This document shows positions 57,851-64,000 of a stretch of 64,000 nucleotides of DNA, piece after piece. The stretch is from Candidatus Microgenomates bacterium (lineage in GTDB: Bacteria; Patescibacteriota; Microgenomatia; UBA8517). The notes below the pieces were generated by a model. The model saw only the letters and a list, made by a program, of their open reading frames with translations. It was not told the DNA's origin and ran no database searches. Positions within the stretch are counted from its first letter, which is position 1. Every line of letters starts with the position of its first letter. A program made the translations under genes and the position numbers. The stretch is from the NCBI GenBank assembly GCA_049523135.1, contig JBEKNE010000001.1, forward strand, positions 651,234 through 715,233, read 5' to 3'.

Positions 57851-57965
57851 TAAATCCCTGAAGACGCGGCTAAAAAAGATCTTGTACTTTTTGCCTAAAA
57901 TCAGCTACAATTAAGCTTCGCCGCCAAAATTATTCCCTAACAGGGCAGTTTTTGCGTCAAAAAAT

Positions 57966-59696
57966 ATGGTCAAAACACTAAAAACATTTTATAAATTTGT
58001 TGCAAGGCGAAAATTAGTATTTATCGTCTTTGTAATGCTGTTTATCTTAAGCCAAGTTCTGGGAAGTGTTACCCCCTACTTTTACAAGCTATTTACCGAT
58101 GCTATTCCTTCATTGGACTTCCTTAAGCTTGTCATTATACTTGCCGCTTATATCACAGTTTCGATGATTGCTCTTATTTTGGAAGTATCCGCCATGAGAA
58201 TGGGAGACCAAATAATAGTCCGTGAAGGAGCCAATGCAAGATCTACTATTTTTAAATATGTACAAGATTTGGATTTCTCATTCCATTCCAGTAAATCAAC
58301 CGGAAGCCTAATTTCAGCATTCAAACGCGGCGATTCGGCATTTTTTGGATTGTTTTTTGATATTCATTACAGAATTCTAAGCGTTATTGTTTCTTTCTTT
58401 GTACTCGCCTATTTCTTCCTGCAATTCGGCTGGAGCTTTATTGCCTTGATAATCCTGTCGTTTGCCATAGCTCTTTTCGCCATGAAATTCTTAATTAAAA
58501 ACAATGTCGAAAAAAGAAATATTGCAAACGATGAGGAGGACAACGTATCGGCAATAATAACCGACAACCTTATGGCCTACGAAACTGTCAAGCTTTTCGC
58601 CAAAGAAAAGGCAGAACTGGGAAGACTTAACCTCGCATTCATTCCCTGGAAGACTAAAAGCCTCGATTACCAAAGATCATTCCGTAGTATCGACCTTGTC
58701 ATGGGCATAATTATTAACCTTAGTATGTTTGCAATACTCCTTCTTACACTACATTCAACCATTGTTGCCAAGTTGACAATTGGAGATTTCGTTATGATTG
58801 CAGCTTTCATCTCCAGTTTCTTCCCCCGTCTTTGGGAACTTGTCTGGGGCTTAAGGGATGTTGCTAAAGATTTTGCCGATATTGAAAAGTATTTTGGCCT
58901 TCTTAACTATCAGATTGATGTAAAGGATCCAGAAAAACCAATCAGGATTGATCATGTTTTTGGAGAAATTATTTTCGACAAAGCCAAATTTGCCTACGGA
59001 AACAGATCCAGAAATGCCATTGACGGAATAAATCTAAAAATTGATCAGGGACTAGCTTTAGCACTCGTCGGCAGAAGCGGCTCGGGTAAAACCACTCTCG
59101 TTAAACTCCTTATGAGATTCTACGACCTCCAAGAAGGATCAATTATGATTGACGGAATTAACATCAAAGATTTCAAGAAAAACACTTTGAGAGGATTTAT
59201 CGGTATGGTTCCCCAAGAACCTATCCTTTTTAACAACACCATCGCCTACAACATCGGCTACGGAAAAGTAAAGCCAAAGCTTTCCGAAATCAGGTTTGCC
59301 GCTAACATGGCAAATATAGATGATTTTATTCAAAGTTTGCCCAAGAAATACGAAACAGAAGTCGGAGAACGCGGGGTTAAGCTATCCGGAGGGCAAAAAC
59401 AAAGATTATCAATCGCACGAATGATCCTAAGTGATCCAGATATTATTATTTTTGATGAAGCCACAAGCCAGCTTGATTCCGAATCCGAAAGACTTATTCA
59501 GGATGCTTTTTGGAAGGCCAGACGCGGAAAAACAACAATTATTATTGCCCATCGCCTTTCCACCATTATGAAAGCGGATAGAATTGTTGTCATGGAGAAA
59601 GGAAAAATAGTTGAAGAAGGAACCCACAAAGGACTTTTAGCAAAAAAGGACTCTCTTTATTCTCACTTTTGGAATTTACAAATCAAGCTGGACTGA
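57966..59696 (+). CDS. ABC exporter, fused permease-ATPase (MsbA/type I exporter family)
   Basis: 6-TM N-domain. Walker A GRSGSGKTT, signature LSGGQKQRLSIAR, Walker B IIIFDEATS, H-loop AHRL. Confidence 0.85.
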   Translation: MVKTLKTFYKFVARRKLVFIVFVMLFILSQVLGSVTPYFYKLFTDAIPSLDFLKLVIILAAYITVSMIALILEVSAMRMGDQIIVREGANARSTIFKYVQDLDFSFHSSKSTGSLISAFKRGDSAFFGLFFDIHYRILSVIVSFFVLAYFFLQFGWSFIALIILSFAIALFAMKFLIKNNVEKRNIANDEEDNVSAIITDNLMAYETVKLFAKEKAELGRLNLAFIPWKTKSLDYQRSFRSIDLVMGIIINLSMFAILLLTLHSTIVAKLTIGDFVMIAAFISSFFPRLWELVWGLRDVAKDFADIEKYFGLLNYQIDVKDPEKPIRIDHVFGEIIFDKAKFAYGNRSRNAIDGINLKIDQGLALALVGRSGSGKTTLVKLLMRFYDLQEGSIMIDGINIKDFKKNTLRGFIGMVPQEPILFNNTIAYNIGYGKVKPKLSEIRFAANMANIDDFIQSLPKKYETEVGERGVKLSGGQKQRLSIARMILSDPDIIIFDEATSQLDSESERLIQDAFWKARRGKTTIIIAHRLSTIMKADRIVVMEKGKIVEEGTHKGLLAKKDSLYSHFWNLQIKLD

Positions 59697-59698
59697 AA

Positions 59699-59917
59699 TT
59701 ATTCTTCTTTTCCCTGCATTCCCAAAAGCCAGAGGACGGCTTCCTTTTTGTAGCGCCTGTCACCTCTACTATTTATACGGATGGCAGGAAGCTTACCGCG
59801 TTTTCCCCAGCGCTTAATTGTTAAAGGAGAAACCCGGAGCAGTTCACTGACTTCGCGGACGGTAAGCAAATCGGGAAGATCTTCCAATCTGATTTTCTTT
59901 TTAATAGTTTGTTCCAT
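59699..59917 (-). CDS. excisionase/MerR-superfamily helix-turn-helix DNA-binding protein
   Basis: LLTVREVSELLRVSPLTIKRWGKRGKLPAIRI matches excisionase-family HTH. Confidence 0.55.
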   Translation of the reverse strand: MEQTIKKKIRLEDLPDLLTVREVSELLRVSPLTIKRWGKRGKLPAIRINSRGDRRYKKEAVLWLLGMQGKEE

Positions 59918-60230
59918 TTGTATTTAGTCCCCTGCCTACCGTTTATCTTTCTTAGTCAGACAATATCAAAGCACTACAAGTGTGTCAATAGTCATTTATT
60001 CCAATTTCGATGACTACGATGAGATTTACTCCGGGGTGTAAAATTAATTGTAAGGGGGTGAGAAGTATGTTGTAACGAACCATCTGTCCTAATTAGCTAA
60101 AACCTTCATTTTCTTATAAGTTTTAGTTTATTAACGCCTGCCCACTTCAAAAAAATAGGTATTTATTTTTAGTTATAAAAAAATTGCATATTTCAAGTTC
60201 AACGAGGTAATAGCATCCGTAAATAGAGAT

Positions 60231-60416
60231 ATGCAGGTTGAGACTGATGATAAAAGCTCCCCAAATACTACAGACATTATATACAAAGAGGCAAAAAAAC
60301 TAAGAGATGCGGACTTACGCGAGATGACCCCCAAAGAAATCGAAGAAATGAAAAAGGAATTTCAACAGCACAATGACAGTTTAATACACAAGATCGCCAG
60401 AAAAATAGGTTTCTAA
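60231..60416 (+). CDS. hypothetical small protein
   Basis: 61-aa ORF following 310-bp non-coding stretch. Weak TTGCAT-17-GTAATA promoter-like element upstream. Confidence 0.25.
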   Translation: MQVETDDKSSPNTTDIIYKEAKKLRDADLREMTPKEIEEMKKEFQQHNDSLIHKIARKIGF

Positions 60417-60434
60417 ATTTCAAAAAATTAAAAA

Positions 60435-61709
60435 CTAAGCTACACGTTCCTTTAGGGCACTGTAATATTTTTGAAGATAATCTTCAGCTTTGTCCCAATG
60501 CTCTTTCCCTAATCCCGCAAGTGCTAAATTCTTCTCTACTCCCGCCAAAACCCTAAGGTGCGCCGCTTTAGCCGCCTGAAGAAGAGAAATCCTGTAAACT
60601 TCAGCCAAATGCTGACAGGCAAGCTTCTCCGCTTCGGATGCGGAAGCTACGCTGTCTTTATTTCCCATTTCTCTGGCAAAGTCCACTTCCATCGAGGCTA
60701 CAATTCTGGGCTCAAAAGCAAGTTTTACCTCACTTTTCAGAAGCTGATAAAACTTCTTCATATCTTCTTTTGCCTTGTCCCATTTTTCATCCTTTTCTTC
60801 GATGAGAGCCTCAACCATATATTTGGCTGCCTCTTTTGCAAGCTCTTTGGAAAGACCATATTGCTCTTTCAGGTGTTTCATTGCATAATCCCGAAGCCTC
60901 ATTCCTTCCGGAACGTTTGCCAGCCTCCACCACGAAAGCTCAAGCTTGGCTGTAATTTTTGGATCAAAAGCAAAATGATTTACCGTATCGTTTCCCCCAA
61001 ATCTGCGTCTCCTGCGGGAGTAATCAAGGATTATATCGGCAAGCTTCCTTGGTGTCATACTCGGAAGGTGATCAACTTCCCAATAAAATTCTGCATAGTT
61101 TGCCTGCCACATCATAAAACCGCTGGTCCGCTGCTCACCTGAAGTTCTTATGAGCAGATCCACATCCGGATACGGTTGATCATGGGTATCAAGATATGAA
61201 GAAATAAGCTTCTCATCAATATCTTCCGCTTTTATACCCGCTTTAACAATCTTCTGTGTAGCTCTGACTATTTCATCCCTTCCCCCATAATCAATAGCCG
61301 CATTAAAAATATGAGTTTTATTATTTTTGGTTTTGTTTTCTATTCTTTTAATATATAGGGCGAGAGCTTTCGGAATTCTATCTTTTCTACCAAGGTGAAC
61401 AAATTTAATATCATCTTTTTCAGCCTCTTTTTCTACAACAGACACCATATTCCAGTAAAGTTTCATTAAATAGGCAAGCTCTTTCGGACTTCTGTCCCAG
61501 TTTTCAGTCGAAAGGCCCCAAACCGTAAAAGTATGCACTCCCCATCTCCTGGCAGCTCTGGCCATTTCCATTCCGGCTTCAAAGCCGGCTTTGTGACCTT
61601 CGAGTGTAGGAAAGCCGTGAGAACGCGCCCAGCGTCTATTGCCATCAAGGATAAAGGCTATGTGGTTTGGAACAATTGTGCCTTCGGGAAGAGCAGTTTT
61701 ATCTTGCAT
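60435..61709 (-). CDS. uppS: undecaprenyl-diphosphate synthase (cis-prenyltransferase) fused to about 180-aa C-terminal helical domain of unknown function
   Basis: HIAFILDGNRRWA, FTVWGLSTENW, cis-IPPS C-terminal RRRRFGG. Extra C-terminal domain has no motif. Confidence 0.8.
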   Translation of the reverse strand: MQDKTALPEGTIVPNHIAFILDGNRRWARSHGFPTLEGHKAGFEAGMEMARAARRWGVHTFTVWGLSTENWDRSPKELAYLMKLYWNMVSVVEKEAEKDDIKFVHLGRKDRIPKALALYIKRIENKTKNNKTHIFNAAIDYGGRDEIVRATQKIVKAGIKAEDIDEKLISSYLDTHDQPYPDVDLLIRTSGEQRTSGFMMWQANYAEFYWEVDHLPSMTPRKLADIILDYSRRRRRFGGNDTVNHFAFDPKITAKLELSWWRLANVPEGMRLRDYAMKHLKEQYGLSKELAKEAAKYMVEALIEEKDEKWDKAKEDMKKFYQLLKSEVKLAFEPRIVASMEVDFAREMGNKDSVASASEAEKLACQHLAEVYRISLLQAAKAAHLRVLAGVEKNLALAGLGKEHWDKAEDYLQKYYSALKERVA

Positions 61710-62376
61710 AAGCTCTGATTATATCAGCAATAGTGTCTCTATTCACGATTTGCCACCCTTTTTCTCTTGCTATATCTTTCAAATACGAATTAGGCTCAAT
61801 TACAACAGGAAAATCAACTTTATTAAGCATATCCGCATCGTTTTCCGAATCTCCAACTGCGATCGAACCTTTTTTGCCGTACTTAGAAATCAAATCGGCC
61901 GCTATCCCCTTATTGCCACCTAAACTTAGTTCAACTCTGCCTGTAAATTTACCGTTTGCGATACCTGCAATTGACGAAAGATAATTTTTCACCCCATAAA
62001 TTCTACCCAAAGCCTCACACATAAACTGAAAATTAGTGGTCACGAAGTAAATATCATAGGTATCTTTTATTTGAGAAACCAGATTTTCAAAATATGGAAA
62101 AAATTTATCCTTGTTGTGATTCAAAAACTTATATGTATCCTCAAGGATAATATTGGGGCTTTTCCCCTTTACGGCCTGTGCGTAAATTTCAAGCATCCTA
62201 TCTGCAGCTTGTTTATAATTTTTTTTACCTGATTTATATTCGCTCAACTCAATAAGAATTTTATCCCACGTTCCTTTTGCAACCACTCCTCTTTTCTCCC
62301 AATCTTGGATTTGATCAAATATCGTATGTCCGTTATATATTACCCCATCGATATCAAAAAGTGCCAGTTTTTTCAT
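61699..62376 (-). CDS. HAD-family phosphatase (HAD-IB / phosphoserine-phosphatase-like)
   Basis: Motif I FDIDGV, motif IV GDSENDADML. Confidence 0.7.
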   Translation of the reverse strand: MKKLALFDIDGVIYNGHTIFDQIQDWEKRGVVAKGTWDKILIELSEYKSGKKNYKQAADRMLEIYAQAVKGKSPNIILEDTYKFLNHNKDKFFPYFENLVSQIKDTYDIYFVTTNFQFMCEALGRIYGVKNYLSSIAGIANGKFTGRVELSLGGNKGIAADLISKYGKKGSIAVGDSENDADMLNKVDFPVVIEPNSYLKDIAREKGWQIVNRDTIADIIRAYAR

Positions 62377-62386
62377 AATAATTAGA

Positions 62387-63187
62387 TCAACTAATTAATG
62401 TTCCTCCAACCTTTTTACCCAAAATCGCGTTTTTAAGAGAACCTTTTACCTTCCCGTTGATTATCAAAGTTTTTATCCCGGTCTTTTTTGCTAAATTTAA
62501 AGCTTCTTCAACTTTGTGTAGCATTCCGCCCGTCACGTCCACTCCTTTCGCACCAACGATTGAAGACTTTAACTTGGCAAAATTTTTCGCATTGATTTCC
62601 CCAATTGTTTTACTTTTTTCGTCATATACCCCATCGGTATCGGTAACATAAATTGTTTTAATTTTGTATTTCTTTTGCAATTCTCTCGCCAAAATCGAAA
62701 GAATTTTCTCAGTTGAAAATATAGTACAACCAATCTTTCTATCAATAACTACATCACCATAGACAACAGGCACAATTCCGATTTCCAATGCTTTTTTGAT
62801 AGAATCAAAATATGATTTATCGCATACTTTTACATCAGAAATCAGAAAACTTGCGGGAGAAAAAGAAAAAACAGGAATACCCTCTTCCAGGAAGTTTTTG
62901 ACAACAATCATATTGAGTTTCTTGGCTGCATCCTCCGTTACCGCCATCCCATAAAGACTATCTTTATTTATTAATCCTTCTTTTGTTTTATATTTATGTG
63001 CAGGTGTATGAGCAAAACTTCCGGCACCGTGTCCGATAATAATTTTGCCGTTAAATTTACGTTGGACTTCCTTAATTTCACCAGCCAATCGAATAATATT
63101 CCCCTCCCGGGCCGTATATTCCCTACCCTTGTCAGTTATCACACTTCCGCCGAGCTTAATCAAGATTAATTCTTTCATCTTTTCCAT
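62387..63187 (-). CDS. isopentenyl phosphate kinase (amino-acid-kinase fold)
   Basis: LILIKLGGSVITDK N-terminus, HGAGSFAHTPA, DVTGGM. Alignable along its length to archaeal IPK. Confidence 0.7.
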   Translation of the reverse strand: MEKMKELILIKLGGSVITDKGREYTAREGNIIRLAGEIKEVQRKFNGKIIIGHGAGSFAHTPAHKYKTKEGLINKDSLYGMAVTEDAAKKLNMIVVKNFLEEGIPVFSFSPASFLISDVKVCDKSYFDSIKKALEIGIVPVVYGDVVIDRKIGCTIFSTEKILSILARELQKKYKIKTIYVTDTDGVYDEKSKTIGEINAKNFAKLKSSIVGAKGVDVTGGMLHKVEEALNLAKKTGIKTLIINGKVKGSLKNAILGKKVGGTLIS

Positions 63188-63228
63188 AGAGTCAAATTCT
63201 ACACCATGTTATACTGTTAGTCACAGGT

Positions 63229-63756
63229 ATGGCGAAAAACACACGCTTTGAAGCGGTTTATCGTGATTTTTATCTTCCTCTGACCAAATTTGTGATGAAA
63301 AGGATGGGAGCCGGTGAAAAAGAAGCAGAGGAAGTTGTTGAAGAAACTGCCGTAGCCGCATGGAAAGGTTGGAATACCTTCAAACACAAAAGCGGCTACT
63401 TTACATGGCTTTGCAGGATTGCTTTAAACAAAATTGCCGATTACTATCACGATCAGGTTAATGAAAATTCAAAATTAATTGTTCCTTTAATCGACACTAT
63501 TACCGAAACCGACAAAAAACTTTCCCCCGATGAGACTTTAGCTTTGAAAGAATTAAGAAAATCGGTAAATGACTGTCTTAATCTTCTTCCCCCCGAAAAA
63601 CGTCAACTTTTACAGTTCAGGTACTGGTATGACATGTCCTATTCCGAAATAAGTAAGGTAATGGGTATTAGTGAGCGGGCAGTTGAAGGACAAATTTACC
63701 GTGCCAAGCACGAGTTTGCTAAAGTCTGGTCCTCTACGAAAGTTTATACAAAATAA
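63229..63756 (+). CDS. ECF-type RNA polymerase sigma factor
   Basis: Sigma-70 region 2 (YFTWLCRIALNKIADYY) and region 4 HTH (SYSEISKVMGISERAVEGQIYRAKHEF). Confidence 0.8.
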   Translation: MAKNTRFEAVYRDFYLPLTKFVMKRMGAGEKEAEEVVEETAVAAWKGWNTFKHKSGYFTWLCRIALNKIADYYHDQVNENSKLIVPLIDTITETDKKLSPDETLALKELRKSVNDCLNLLPPEKRQLLQFRYWYDMSYSEISKVMGISERAVEGQIYRAKHEFAKVWSSTKVYTK

Positions 63757-64000
63757 TCTTTAAAGGAAAAACAATAACTGCATTTAAAATCCGACTGATC
63801 CTCTTGGGCTCGGTAATAAGCCTCCAGAGCCACTCTAGGCCACAAGCAGCCATCCATTTGGGCGGAAGCTTACTTATGCCTGCCACATAGCGGAAAGCAC
63901 CTCCTACGGCCATAGCGCCGCCTACGTTCAATTTTGGAAGGTTATTATGGATCCATATTTCCTGCTTAGGGTTACCGAAGGCTACAAAAAGAAGCTGGGG
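63734..64000 (-). CDS. WecB/TagA/CpsF-family glycosyltransferase, C-terminal part (gene starts beyond window end)
   Basis: GLEWLWRLITEPKR C-terminal signature. Reading frame stays open to window edge. Confidence 0.5.
   Translation of the reverse strand, partial: PQLLFVAFGNPKQEIWIHNNLPKLNVGGAMAVGGAFRYVAGISKLPPKWMAACGLEWLWRLITEPKRISRILNAVIVFPLKIILYKLS

Noticed and set aside
1-64000. CRISPR arrays, rRNA genes, integrases, transposases, IS inverted repeats
   Set aside because: Looked for regularly spaced direct repeats and characteristic motifs (DDE, tyrosine recombinase R..HxxR..Y) by eye. None found. Only an excisionase-type HTH (59699-59917) hints at mobile DNA.

Overview
Low-GC, gene-dense bacterial chromosome segment about 90% coding. 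Its content looks like a small-genome, CPR/Patescibacteria-like organism: minimal aminoacyl-tRNA synthetases, Pro/Thr-rich linkers, salvage-type nucleotide metabolism. This lineage call is inference from gene content only. The window includes: the conserved rpmG / tRNA-Trp / secE-nusG-rplKAJL block; rpsB-tsf-frr; dnaX-ybaB(-recR); def-fmt; mreB-mrdA; topA; cysS; proS; queA; and four tRNAs (Tyr-GTA, Thr-TGT, Thr-GGT, Trp-CCA). Accessory content is what stands out. (1) Between tRNA-Trp and secE sits a roughly 9 kb block with a BrnT/BrnA toxin-antitoxin pair, a sigma-70 factor, two paralogous D-Ala-D-Ala-ligase-like ATP-grasp enzymes bracketing a papain/C39-like peptidase, and GDP-deoxyhexose genes. 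(2) Immediately after rplL, where rpoB is normally expected, sits a second amidoligase module. It comprises a multi-pass membrane protein, a RimK-like ATP-grasp fused to a retropepsin-like aspartyl protease, a 613-aa tandem double ATP-grasp protein, and a divergent MsbA-type ABC exporter. (3) A translationally coupled thyX-dNK-tmk operon runs on into a split formiminotransferase/cyclodeaminase pair, with mazG, an NMP-kinase-like gene and a dCMP deaminase gene alongside. (4) An HTH plus LAGLIDADG-like protein is wedged between tRNA-Tyr and tRNA-Thr. (5) An isopentenyl-phosphate-kinase / UppS-fusion / HAD-phosphatase trio lies near the window end. Also present: VapBC, a MacAB-like efflux operon next to a two-component system, and an ABC-2 transporter. 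No CRISPR array, rRNA, integrase or transposase was recognised.
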